Positions 25,701-38,075 of a stretch of DNA of 64,000 nt are shown here, piece after piece (the first letter of the stretch is position 1; the number at the start of each line of letters is the position of its first letter). The translations under genes were made by a program, and so were the position numbers. The notes under the pieces were generated by a model. The model did not search any database. It was not told where the DNA came from and saw nothing but the letters and a program-made list of their open reading frames with translations. Origin of the DNA: Macrostomum lignano (taxonomy: Eukaryota); contig NIVC01001891.1 of NCBI GenBank assembly GCA_002269645.1, positions 24,487-88,486 of the forward strand. The letters are read 5' to 3'.

Positions 25701-26051
25701 GATCCGTCTGGCTGTCACATGCAGCACAAGCGTCTGCCCCACGCAGTCATCGGCCTCACGCATCCTTCACCTGCGGCTTTGGGCGAGTTCTGCAAGATGG
25801 AGGCTGCCTTCGTTGCGCAATCGCACAGTTTTATTGTGCAGCCGCAGGTAGCTAAACGATTGGCTGCTGTGTTCACAGCTGCAGCAGTTGCACTGCCGGC
25901 GTGCAGCTCACACGCTGCACATGTGCAGCGTCAGGTATGCAGCACGTTTGCACAGCTGCGACTGCATCATTGGTGCCGCTGCAAGATGAGAAGCCTGCGA
26001 GCAGCGGCGAGCAGGAGCAGCACGCTGCGAAAGTTTCACAAACTGCGATGA
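22791..26051 (+). pseudogene. THAP9/P-element-like transposase; exon 1 22791-25072 (interrupted at 23798-24186), intron 25073-25280, exon 2 25281-26051; reconstructs to 887 aa
   Basis: THAP domain (CCAPTC...HRFP...W...RVCSLHF...AIP), WSKDVI...SPAAYRLL...LPS, LCFD, WKQPIA, VADQ, DVPHCLKNTRN, MRVSLAAQIFS, NDAFDLLNS, RFSQDHVE/NLFSILR (spliced), and C-terminal YVAGY...CSNC. Confidence 0.93.
23798..24172 (+). mobile_element. 5'-truncated LINE 3' end (C-terminal Cys/His domain, 3' hairpin, (CAA)n tail)
   Basis: Encodes FRTGH...YRKRIG...CRACGCEEETVQHVCEC and stops at 24123-24125. Followed by hairpin CGGTGGCGC-GGGT-GCGTCACCG and a (CAA)n tail. 14-bp TSD CAGCAGCAGCAGGA (23784-23797 / 24173-24186). 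Confidence 0.9.
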
Positions 26052-26388
26052 GCTGTTTAATTGATGAGAAATCATTCTATTTGGATAAACGAAAATGGAG
26101 TATATAATAGCTTGTATTTGCTAAGTATAGTTAACAGCAATAATATGGCCGTCAATGCAATCTAAAGCATTCACACTGCTTTTTGTCGTAGAAAGTATAG
26201 TTAAAAGTTTATTTTTGCTAATATCAATACAATTGCTGCATTGTATTCATCTTGGTTTTTTAATTTTTTAAATATAAAAAAACGCTAAAATGTTTTATCA
26301 CTACTAAGCAGAAAGTAGAATAAACTGTCGTGTTGTGAAAATTAGCCTGAGTGGCCTATCTAGTGTTTATAGTATCTGTGGGTAAAAC

Positions 26389-28480
26389 CACCGAGCACGC
26401 TTTGCATGTTATTACCTCAGCCATTGAGAAAGCTATCCTGAGTAAGCAGATTGCCTGTGGGCTTTTCTGCGATATCGATGGGGCCTTCAATAACGTTTTG
26501 TTTGGCTCCTTCAGTGACTCCCTTTTGCAGAAAAAGGTCCGACCCAGCATTGTGCGTTGGATCGACTTTATGATCCGGAACAGGAAGGTGACTTCCTCCC
26601 TCATGGATGCCACCTGCACTCACACGGTTACTAAGGGCGGAGCCCAAGGTGGAGTGCTCACCCCGCTGCTCTGGAATCTCGTGATGGACGAGCTCCTGAC
26701 GGCTGACGTCCCCAGCAGCATAGTCAAGGCTGGCTACGCTGATGATGTCGCTGCTATTGTCAGTGGCCCTGACACCAGTACCCTCCGTAGCTTAATGCAG
26801 CAGTTCGCCAATAAGGCGCAAGCCTGGGCTACCCGGCACGGCCTAACCATTAGCACCGCTAAGACGGTGTCCATTATCTTCACCAGGAAGCGGAAGTGGA
26901 GCATGCGGAACCTCACCATCTACGGTAAGGACATACCCTTAGTCAAGGAAACTAAGTATCTAGGTGTGACGCTCACCCACGATCTGCGTTGGACCAAGCA
27001 CGCTGACAATGTCATCGGGTGCGCCAGGCGCTGCTTTGCGCAGGTGAGGAGAGCCATCGGGCCTACTTGGGGTCTTTCTCCCAAGACGGTCAGATGGATT
27101 TACACTGGCATCGTTCGGCCCAGTATCACCTACGTGTGTGTTATCTGGTCCAGTGCGTTAGAGTTGAAGACTGTACGGGACCGGTTGTACCAGCTGCAGG
27201 GTAACATCTGCCAAGCCATCACCGGTGCGTATCCATCCACCCCTTACGAGGGGCTCAACACCATCCTCAGCATGCCTCCGCTGCATTTGTTCATTAGAGC
27301 TGAGGCGATGAAGGGCGCCGCGTGTCTCATCTGTGATAAATTTATTGCTAACACGCCCTCGGGCTTCATGCCTGAGAAGACTCTTTTCCCTCATCTGGAC
27401 TATATCCGTCGCGATCTTCAACGCATCCACCTCAATTTAGACGAGGTGGACTGCAGATCCCCCACTCTCATCCTCAGGAGGGGCTTCAAGTGTACTCTTC
27501 CACCGAGAGGGAGTCACTCGCTGGACGTGGGCATCAACAGGAGAAGCCAGGGTATTCACTGCTTCACTGACGGATCCCTGCGTGACGGTCTCGCTGGTGC
27601 GGGCATTGCCATTTTCCACAAGGGTGAAGCGATCTTACAAGAGAGTCTTCATCTTGGTGAGAATGTCTCGGTTTTTCAATCCGAAGTTGTAGCTATCAAC
27701 CAGTGCGCTGAGCATTTGCACAAAGCTGGCATCAGCAGCTTTGACATTTATTTTTACTCTGACAGCCAGGCCGCTATTAAGGCCTTGTCTTCTATCAAGC
27801 TCTCAACCAAGTCAGTCTCAGACTGCCTCAAAAGCTTGCAGACCCTAGCGATTCTCAACAGGATCAATGTTATCTGGACACCAGGCCATAGCAACATCCT
27901 CGGCAACGAGCTTGTGGATCAGCTTGCCAAGCGGGGTTGCACCCCTGATAGAGCGCAACGCTCAGTCAAGTTACCTTCTCCGAAGTCATCAATCAACCGC
28001 GCCATTCAAGATTGGCTAAACCGCCAGCATCAGACTCACTGGGACAGCTGCTCCGAATACCGGCAAGCACGAAAGGCTATGCCTGCCATTAACCGGAAAG
28101 TATCCGAATATCTAATATCCTTAAGTAAAACTGACCTGAGGGAGATGTACATGGTCATTACTGGCCATGGCTTCTTCCAGAGACATATTTCACTGCAAAG
28201 TGGCTGCTCCCCTATCTGCCCATTCTGTGATTTAGAGGAGGAAACCTTGACGCACCACGTCACTTTCTGCCCGCACTTCAACGAGGCGCGGAGGCGTCAC
28301 CTCGGTCACCCGCTAAGGCTTGACAAGCTCACCACTCCGGACTGTATCCGTGATCTACGTGCATTCGTTCGGGATTCTGGGCGGATGAAAATCGCAGACG
28401 CCACTCTCGCGAGCTCTTCTGCTGGCGAGGGGTGGGCGCAGCCCCTAAACAAGTTTCTGTTTAGCTTGGGGTTGCGATAG
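26389..28480 (+). pseudogene. LINE ORF2 3' part: RT, RNase H and C-terminal zinc finger
   Basis: [39 protein letters not shown] (RT); [24 protein letters not shown]...[10 protein letters not shown] (RNase H); CPFC...ETLTHH...C. In frame with the 5' part after removing 22284-26388. Confidence 0.93.
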
Positions 28481-30472
28481 GGGCCTCGCGGCCTGTTCGC
28501 GGCGCTCTGCCCCCCATCGGTAGTAGTAGTAGTATAGTCATATAAGAAATTTAGTGAATGATGCATACATGTCAATAGTTGGGAATAAATAAATAAATGC
28601 AATATTTTAGGCATATACATATATTGGATAAGGCAAAGTTGAGTAAAGGAAAGAGAAATGACACAATTTACTGAGGTTTACATGTATAAAGAGCAGAGAG
28701 ACAAGGTGTTATCAAATCCAAATCAGAAGTAAGGCTTTAAAGCCTATACCTTGGCTTAGAGCATTTGGTCTAGCTGGCTAGCTGGCTATATATACATGTA
28801 AATGTACCTAACCCAAAAAACAAGGCTGAGGTTAAGTGTGCAGATGCATCAATTGCAGACTAACAGGCAGCCATACTATGCTAAAACTATAATAGTACTA
28901 ATAGGTATAAAGACAAGGGCTAGTAAATAGTTAATGATTGACTATAGTGGTGACTATTGGTTTTCATTCATTAATTTTATTTTTTTACTGCAAAAGGTTT
29001 TATCATTTAAAACAATGCTAAGCTTGCTTTATTTGCTTGAAAAACCAAGGAGGTCTGACTCTAAGAAGCTTAAATTATATGCATTTTCTATTTGTTAAAC
29101 ATTTCTTTTTGCAAAAATCAGGTATTGGAATAGAGTATTAGAATTAGGTATTGCCAATTAATCTAATTTGGGTATTGAACTTTCAGGTATTGGTGATATT
29201 TTTTCAGAAAGGATATTGGAATATTGGTTTCACTGATAATTTTTTGAGTATCATCAATTGCCTTAACAGAAAAGGCTCCTAACTAGCATAAATTAATTGT
29301 GGCCTACATGATATTGTACCAAACATTGGCTATATCTATAGGCCTAGCTATGGTGGAACTCTAACTTTAAGCAATATAAACTATCTAGAGCTGTGACCTT
29401 CTGATCTTAGTATTAGTAATGCTTATATAAAAAGAAAATTTCTATATCTGATAGGGCCTATGAATAGGCCTAAATAAAAAATTAAAATATAACTTTTATA
29501 TTTTTCTTTGATAATGACTTACCTTGTCTAGTTTTATCTCAAAAGTCATAATGAATATAAATTCAAATATAAAACTATAATATAACTTATTATGTAAGAT
29601 AGGCCCCTATTCCTTTTAAAATTGCTTAGGTCTACTTGTCTCTATATTCTTATAATAAGCCTAGGATTCATTTATGCCTAAGCCTAACTTCAAAATTTTA
29701 CCTATCCAGTGCAACTTAGTTTTGTTTAGATTTGCAACTTAGTTTCTCCTGATTGCAACTTAGTTCCTCCTAATTATGACTTAGTTCCTCTTGATTGCAA
29801 CTCAATTTTCACTTTGTATTTGACTTTTCTTGCCTTTTTTGCTTTTTTCCTTTTTTCCCTCTTTCTTTTTTCCTCCTTTCTTTTCTTTCTTTTGCTCTTC
29901 TTTCCTCCTCCAATTTTTCATATTTTGTGTTTTTGATTTTGTGACTTACCTTGGCTAGTAGCTATTTCACCCATCTAGTTTGGACAGATATTGGGCATGT
30001 ATGCTAGGATAGGTTTATCTTATAAGTAAAGGCAAGCCAAGGTTAACATCTAAATACAATAGATATAGGCCCTAGACCAATAGCAATTAGAGGTTGGACG
30101 GATTAAAATCATTGGATGGGATTGCTAGATTGGGATTGGGAAAAAATTTTTTGGCATCAAGATTGGGATCAGGTCTTTAAAATATTACAAGCAGCCAGGG
30201 TTTTTTTTTGTGCGCAGAGTGTGCGTATGCACCCTAAATTTTAAAATCGCACCCTGAAATTAAAAAAGTAGGTGCGGTTTAGGTGCGGTCTTATAACCAT
30301 TTTTCTTTAAAGGCTTAACCATGCTTAAGCTATTTTTTATGCACTGCCTTAAAATATGAAACAAAATAACTCTTTAAATCCTATTAAGTCATATAGGCGA
30401 TATAGCCTATAGCTATAGCCTTATGTAGGATATTAAAATATACATTCCCAGTTGTCAGAAATGTGAGCAATA

Positions 30473-32949
30473 TGAGGGTTTCACGAGAGATATTCAGACA
30501 GGGGCTCCCTAAAACACGCCCCGCACCGGGCCCCAAACCGCTACACATTATAACATTTTTTGTCAATGCAGTATTTGATTGCAAGGAAAAGTTAAAATAG
30601 TAATGGAATAAGCATCTTTATTTATTTTTTTAAATATTATTTTTTTTTATATTCTCATTTTCATTATTAATTTATAATATTATTATTTTATTAATATTAT
30701 TATTAATATCACTTATTGTTCACCAAATTTTATATTTCAAAGTAAAAAAACTAAATTTAATAAAAACTTGAAGCTTAACAGAAAACGCATTCTGAAGTGT
30801 CTTTAGTTATAGTCCAATTTGTTTTAATGTGTAGCGCTGCAGGGTGGTGCGGGGCGTGTTTTAGGGAGACCCATTCAGACAGACATTCAAAATGATTGTC
30901 TGTAACTTCAAACAAAATTGACCCGTTTCAACCATCTTTTTGGCAAATACTTACGCAAGTGTTGGGCGTCGAATAAGCTTTAATTTATTAACTGAAGTAA
31001 AAATCCTTCTGACATACATTGATTTAAAAATTGCTTAGCAACACTAGCTCTGATTAGAAATCGCTTTACTGTTGACTAAAATTGTTTTGATCGTAGCAGC
31101 CTAAAAGCAGATACTGGATTTAAAAATGCTTCGATTTACTCTATACGCATGTCTCAGCTTTAAAATGACACCTCAGGCGTCGCAAAAGACAGCTTTGATG
31201 CTGAGATATTCGACACTAAACATGCATTGCTTTGCGCAAACTCACATTCAGAAATTTCACTGATTTTTTGTCGATATTTGTGCAGTTGCCGTGTCCTTGT
31301 TTTTCATCAGAATCTCGTCAAATTCTAGTCATGTCTATAAGCATGTCTCAGCTTTAAAATGACACCTCAGGCGTTGCAAAAGACAGCTTTGATGCTGAGA
31401 CATTCGACACCAAACATCGCTTTGCTCAAACTCACATTCGGAAACTTCACTGATTTTTATTCAATATTTGTTCAGATGCTTGTCTACTTCTCCATTTATT
31501 AACCATCGCATGGAGCCTTGCTAACGTACAAGTGTATGTAGTTACTGTAAATGGGGGGTTTTGTGACTCACTTAAACTTGTTTACGCATTCTGCAGCTAT
31601 TTGCCGCCTTTCATTGGAGTGATTCATGGAGTCCAGTTGATAAATTTCCGCAAATTGGACTGCTTCTACGTCAGATCTCAACATTTGGAACCATCCTTGA
31701 ACTATTTCAGAGTTAAGTGAGCTAATGGCATCAAATGGAAGGCTAGTGCTCGTACTCGTAAGCAAAGCAGGTTCACAATTGAAATGGTTGTATTCATGGC
31801 CATGGGATCTAAACTGATCTGTTTTACTTTCACGATTGCTTCGGTCTCAGAAGGAGCAGCAGTTGATGGACTGAGGTGAGAAGAAGATGTGTCACGACTT
31901 GAGCTGTTTTTAGAAAATATCTTTATCCAATTAAATATTTTCATGCGGCTCCTTAGGTTGTTCCGAATTCCGAGTCTAGAAGTCAAGACAGAAAAAAAGT
32001 AAAGAACTGCTACGGTAGTCCGTAGGGATTGAAAAGCTTAGCAGTACATTAGAAATCGCCTGTTCAATCTAAAAAGTTTGAAGTACATATAGCTATTGGG
32101 TTGCAACAACAGTAGAAAAAATTTTTCCTTTTTATTTTATTCCCACCGCTTACCTCATTCCAATTTGGATAGCAGAATTGCCACGCAAAAAAAGTAAAAA
32201 CATAACAATAAACTATTTGCTTCATATTAATTGCCACTGACTGTTAATAAACGCGACGTCAATTTCTCTCAATAACAATTGGAACATGTTTCTTGTACAC
32301 TCGTATATTTATTTGAATTGCAAAGCGGTGAAAAAGTCATGATTGGTCGCCATATGTACAAATGTACACTCACAGACTCACTGACTCAGGTACAATCTAT
32401 GCAATATAAAGGCAGGAATCATTAAAAATCAAATACTTAAGACAGTTTAAGAGAAGTCCAGGTTTAAACTGGACATGACTAGAATTTAACAAGTTTCTGA
32501 TGAAAAACAAGGACATGGCAGCTGCACAAATATCGATAAAAATCAGTGAAATTTCTGAATGTGAGTTTGCACAAAGCAATTGTTTAGTGTCGAATATCTC
32601 AGCATCAAAGCTGTCTTTTGCGACGCCTGAGGTGTCATTTTAAAGCTGAGACATGCGTATAGAGTAAATCGAAGCATTTTTAAATCTAGTATCTGCTTTT
32701 AGGCTGCTACAATCAAAACAATTTTAGTCAACAGTAAAGCGATTTCTAATCAGAGCTAGTGTTGCTAAGCAATTTTTAAATCAATGTATGTCAGAAGGAT
32801 TTTTACTTCAGTTAATAAATTAAAGCTTATTCGACGCCCAACACTTGCGTAAGTATTTGCCAAAAAGATGGTTGAAGCGGGTCAATTTTGTTTAAAGTTA
32901 CAGACGATCGTTTCGAATGTCTATCTGAATATCTCTCGTGAAACCCTCA
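30473..32949. mobile_element. Non-autonomous long-TIR (foldback-type) DNA element; ~480-bp inverted arms at 30473-31335 (split by a MITE) and 32472-32949
   Basis: The arms are reverse complements over hundreds of bp, e.g. CAGCTTTAAAATGACACCTCAGGCGTCGCAAAAGACAGC. Termini read GAGGGTTTCACGAGAGATATTCAGA. No transposase is seen in the spacer. Confidence 0.85.
30500..30872. mobile_element. MITE with ~27-bp TIR (GGGCTCCCTAAAACACGCCCCGCACC) and 8-bp TSD ATTCAGAC, nested in the left arm of the foldback element
   Basis: TIRs at about 30502-30527 and 30846-30872, TSD at 30492-30499 and 30873-30880. The uninterrupted target is visible in the right arm. Confidence 0.8.
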
Positions 32950-34334
32950 CATTCTAAACAAGACTCAAGAGAAATTGCACTCTGAGCCTTAAAATCGCAC
33001 CTTGAAATTTGGCACAAGGTGCGATTTCGCACCTTATCTCTGGCGAAAAAAAACCCAGCAAGCAGTTTTTGATAACAAAGTTGAATAAACAATGTTATTG
33101 TTAAAATCAAGAGATAAAACATGAAAGAATGATGCAAAGTTTTATAGGGGCCTAACCAAAGGATTGTAACAATATAATGAGTACAAGTAAAACAAAATGC
33201 ATTCAATCAATTATCAACTCTATAAATTTTGAACCAAAATACCTATTCATGATTCCCTTTTTTAAGGTTGGGATCCCAATCCCGCAGGAATCCAATTTTC
33301 CTTGGGATCCCAAGGTTTCAAGATTGGGATCAGGATTCAGTCTAACCTCTAATGGCAATAATGTCTAATAGGCCTAAATCTGCATAAGTATACAATAGGC
33401 TCAGAGTCTAGGGTCTACCTACTTACTTTATCTGTTGACAGATAGGAAAGTCAATGCACAATGCTATCCCCCATGTCCCTTCTAATAATAACATAGGTTA
33501 AAAAGGATTATATAGTCATATAGCCCCCCTAGGAAAAGCACTAGACACTAGAGTCTAGACAAGTTACATCCATCAACAATTACTGAATCAGACAATAGGC
33601 CCGCCCTAGTAAGGCCCTAGAAAAGCAATATAGAAATTACTATAAATGACTAACTAAAATGATATGATACTATAGCATCAGGTATATGTATGCAAAAGCA
33701 ACAAATTATCATGATCAGGCCTAATTGTGGAGCTTATTCGTTAAGCCTGGATCCATCATCCATGTTTAGTACTTGAACTAGTTTCTAAATTTCGCATTTA
33801 AACTTGCGCAAAAATAATAAACAGCCAATTGTTAATGACTAAATTAGTCAATCGTTATTACCGTCGCTAGGGTTTCCTAATGAAAAAAAGTAACCTTATT
33901 GTTTTGAGATTAAAAAAAAGCTTAACTGAAAAGTAGGCAAAAACTCAGTGTAGATGTATTTGTTAAAAATAACTGCAAAAAATTCTTATAGGTCCGAAAA
34001 GTAAATCCTTGCTTTCCCTAACTTCCATGTGGCAGCTCGCTCTGCGCAATGGACTAAATTTCAGAACTATCAACTAATAGCTCGGTTCCATTTCACAACT
34101 TTGTAACTCACAACCGTTTGCAGCTGATCTACGGCCGTATATATCTTCGAGATTCTGATCAGGTTTCTATTTGTCTGTTTCAAGCCTAAATTAGCAAATT
34201 AAGTGTATATGAGGAAAGCTCTGTTTCTGCTTGTCGTCGCGCTGACTGCATGTTTGCTGCATATCAGTGGCTACTAGCGCTGATGACTTGATTAAGTGCA
34301 GGTTCCCGAAAGACCCGATAATAACAAGCAAGCG

Positions 34335-34530
34335 CTCGAAAGCCAAAAGCAAACCACCGAAAGCCGAAAGCAAACCCCCGAAAGCCGAAAGCAAACTCCC
34401 AAAAGCCGAAGGCAAACCCCCGAAAGCCGAAGGCAAACCACCGAAAGCCGAAGGCAAACCACCGAAATCCGAAAGCAATTATCACCGAAAGCCGAAAGCA
34501 AACCCCCGAAAAACGGAAGCAAACTTACGA
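34335..34530. repeat. 21-bp tandem repeat (CCGAAAGCCGAAGGCAAACCA)
   Basis: About 8 degenerate copies. Confidence 0.85.
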
Positions 34531-37500
34531 AAGCGAAAAAAGGTACGTAAGATTTCTTGGAAAAAAATTTGCGAGCTAGTTTGTGCTATACTTTCAAGTA
34601 CACGGTATTTACTGAGTAAATTTTACTGCACCATCTTTTTTGAGCGTACATGTCTACACGTCTCTGCAAATATTGCAACATTTCTGCTACTATAATCCAG
34701 TATGGCTTAGTCGCCCATGTGCATGTCATCTAGCTGTATGATTTCACGTCGAAACGGACGAATAATGCGCGTTAAAAACGCAAAAGTCAAACTGTGCGTC
34801 CCTGCAAAAAGACTTCTTGTTTGCGCCTCAAATGAAAGAAAAAGAAAATCGTCTGCTTTTTTATGAGTTAATTTTTACTCAATTGTATTGTATCCATCGC
34901 ACAGCTGTGATACGTATATTTCTGTCTATTTAGATCATCAAACAGTTTAAAGTTACATAGAACTTGTTATGTTGCGAAATTTCAGTATTAGAAAATCAGA
35001 GCTTCTAAATTTCATAAAAATTGCATAATAACAAGACTAATAAGGTTTCGGACAGTGCTGAAAGTTTGCATGTTACGAAAGATATTTTTGAGCAGAAAAA
35101 AACAAATTTATGAAGCACTATAAGTGGCTTTAGTTCGACAAAATCCATTTTCACGCCGGTTGAATCACTTCCTCACTGGGATGATTCAACGTCGAGTCGT
35201 CCGTATCCAGATCGACAGGGGACGCCGCGTGGTGGAGGCATCGACGCGCATGCATTTGCGATGATGCAGATGATCAGATAGCAGAGATTTCAACCGTGCG
35301 CTCCAGGATCAGGGGAATTCTGTAGAAATTCTTCCGTAGTTTTGACAGTGCGCGGTTTCTTATCTCAAACAGATTGCCTAACCAAGAATTAACGATGTAA
35401 TTCTTTCTAGGCATTTTCAAGTGCAATAATTTGATATTTCTTAGTCAGTAGGACTTATAATGCTAGTAGTACAAGCAAGCACTCTTATTGCTAAAACCTC
35501 ACCATGCCAGAAAATACTCTTACATGTACTTCCGAGAGTAATAAATTAAAATAACTTAATTAGTTGACCCCTTGTCTGCCCCACGTACCCTGCAGTACGT
35601 TTCGCTAGTAGAGAATCTGCCGTGAGTTATTCCCCGCTGCAATAGACTAGCTATACACTCGCCACGCGGCAGATTTTGTCTGCATTGCCTCCCCAATGCT
35701 TAGTACATATGTAAGTCTTAAAAAAAGAGATTTACCCGATCAAAACTTTTTGATTGTAACTGCATATCAAATGCATATTTTGGGGGGGGGGGTTGACTTG
35801 CTTGCAGTCTCGAGAATTGCTTCTGGATCGCAGCATATGCTTCTTGAGTTGATAAACCTCATCTAGAAGTCTACTACCATGTTCTGCTCCTGCAGCTTGC
35901 ACGCAGTCGGCTTTTTCTTTATTCTTACGAGTATTAACAGTTTTACTTGGTTGCTGAGCTGGGTGAGTTCGTACGACTATATAAGCATACAAGTCTATAG
36001 TTTAGAGGTCTGGGGCAAGGGAGGCCGCGGCCCCTTTATGCTGGCGCCCCTTGGTTCTGCTAAAGCCACCGGTGCTGGTGCCTCTCTATACTCTCAAATG
36101 AATTGGTGCCAACTCAAATCAAAGGGTAATGGGTCATGAAAAGTACTGCACTTCTTTCGCTCTCACCAAGTCCTTGAATCTACCCCTCGGTTTTCCTCCC
36201 TCGCACACGTACGTCCTTTAACTTTCATTAACATTTGACGTTCAAATAAAATATGCATAAAAATCAATGATTAAAACAGATTATTTTTTTAAAAGCATAG
36301 TAATTCAATTACAAAACGATCAAAGTCATTCAATGACTTTCATTATTAATTTTGCGTCTGATTTTCGCATTCATTATTCTGACTGCGGGGTGGGCGGGTG
36401 AATCTGGAGAAAGTTAACAATAGATTGGATAGACACGCTCGTATTAGAAAAAGAGAAAATGTCTATCTACCATTTTTATACACAGCTATAAAAACAAGGA
36501 GTATTAGAAAATAAAATTGTTTGAGAAAGCTCAAAAAATTAAAACAAAATTTTCAGCTTCGCTTTTTTTGCAAGCATATAGTACACAAGATGCATAATAT
36601 TGCCATATCGTAAATCTAATCAGAATTTCGATCTGATTCGCATTCACAAAAAATTATAAACTCTCTCCAGGAGAGAAAATTTGTTTAGGATAATTCTAAA
36701 GTTTTCTAAAACCAATTGAAACTGCTGGAGAACTATCTCTGAAAAAATATCTATTTTGATGGCATTTACATTATCGTACACATAATTTACTCTGATCACG
36801 GACGGAAATTGAATGGAATGTAAAAATAAAATTTTTGTATATATTAGCAACATTTTACCAATACGAATTAAAACAATAATATTTAAACATCAATGGGAAG
36901 TATTTAAATAAACAGTATAATTCTTTGCATCACAGACAGAAAACAAAATTAAAAGGAAAGCGTTATAACAAGCGCTTGAAAATGGACAGCACATCGAGTG
37001 TAGCGTTAAGCGTTTATACATTCAGACTTAAATTTTTATCGATTGCAGACAAAAATTGGACGGATTTGAAATTTGTTTAAATTGTAATATCAGATCAAAT
37101 ATAATATTACGCAATAGTACGTTTAAAAGCTATTAAATATTATTCAAAATATTTAAACAATGATATTATTAATTGCATCACATGCACAAACAGTAAATTA
37201 GAAAAAAAGAAGAAAAAACTATATAAGCGCTTGAAAATGGACGGAGCGTTGAGTATAGACTTCGACTGTTTTATCACATTTTAATTAATAGAGTAAATGT
37301 ACAATACTAGCCTACTCATAAGAGTAGGAAACTGAGGAGAAGATGTTAAATCTGAGGCACTCCGAGGTAAAAGATAAAAGTTTAAAAACAAAATAGATAA
37401 GGCAACACAGCGATGTTAAATCGAGTAAAGATCTACTAAACAATGCTAATAGCTATAGCTACTACATACTACTTGTATATACTACTGTTCTTCTACAACA

Positions 37501-38075
37501 AAAGGAGCAGTACAGCATTAAGTGTTTTACTGATAAAAGAAACCAGAAAACAACAGAGAAAGAACATCAAGTTTCAGTCATCAAAAGGCACCAACACAAG
37601 CTATATGGGCTTAGAAAATCTGCAAAACAGACGATTCATAGGAAAACAGAAAATCCAAGAAAGCAAAGCGTAAGAGGAAGACTCAAAAATTAAAACAAAA
37701 TACAACAAAAAAATCAATGAAGGGCGGAGGAAGTTTTACTAATTATACACATTTCACTGTCAAGGCTATAACGACTTTTTTAGTAAAGTTAATGTAAAAT
37801 ACATGCAACATTTTGTTTTACACTTTTTGCTAAGTATTATAGTTTGCCAAAACTGCAATCTAATTCTATTCTACTTAGTTCTATAAATAGCAACCTGCAC
37901 TTTGGGCCATAGACATCGAATGTTGAAAACTGCGATTAAATTCGTCTCTGGCAGAATCATCACCCTGGAGCGTGCAAATTGTTAATGTCTATGGTAAAAA
38001 ACACTTGTTAGCGAGCAAGAATTCATTTAGTTTAAAAACTTGCTTTCAAATCCAAAATAGATCCCAATAATCCCA

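Larger units (their letters stand above)
22284..26380 (+). mobile_element. P-superfamily DNA transposon (4097 bp)
   Basis: Perfect 44-bp TIRs CACAGATACTATAAACACTAGATAGGCCACTCAGGCTAATTTTC (22284-22327 / 26337-26380), a second 24-bp inverted block (22339-22362 / 26301-26324), and the 8-bp TSD GGTAAAAC (22276-22283 / 26381-26388). Confidence 0.97.
19391..28532 (+). mobile_element. Full-length non-LTR retrotransposon (APE endonuclease + RT + RNase H; LOA/Lian-like by inference), interrupted by a P element
   Basis: Abrupt GC rise at 19391, ORF1 and ORF2 as listed, and a (TAG)n tail at 28521-28532. Putative TSD TATAGT at 19385-19390 and 28533-28538. Confidence 0.92.

Noticed and set aside
18529-33059. 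C(A/T)GGGTTTTTTT-ended elements (18529, 18764-18868, 30197, 33058) as one large element enclosing the foldback
   Set aside because: They look like separate short degenerate copies of a MITE family; no matching TSD links 30197 to 33059.
34267-34695. Lys/Pro-rich KAESKPP-repeat ORF (histone H1-like appearance)
   Set aside because: Arises from a 21-bp tandem repeat that is open in several frames on both strands; no globular domain.
37907-37994. 10-bp inverted repeat CCATAGACAT...ATGTCTATGG downstream of foxj1
   Set aside because: Possibly a tiny MITE, but no TSD could be found.
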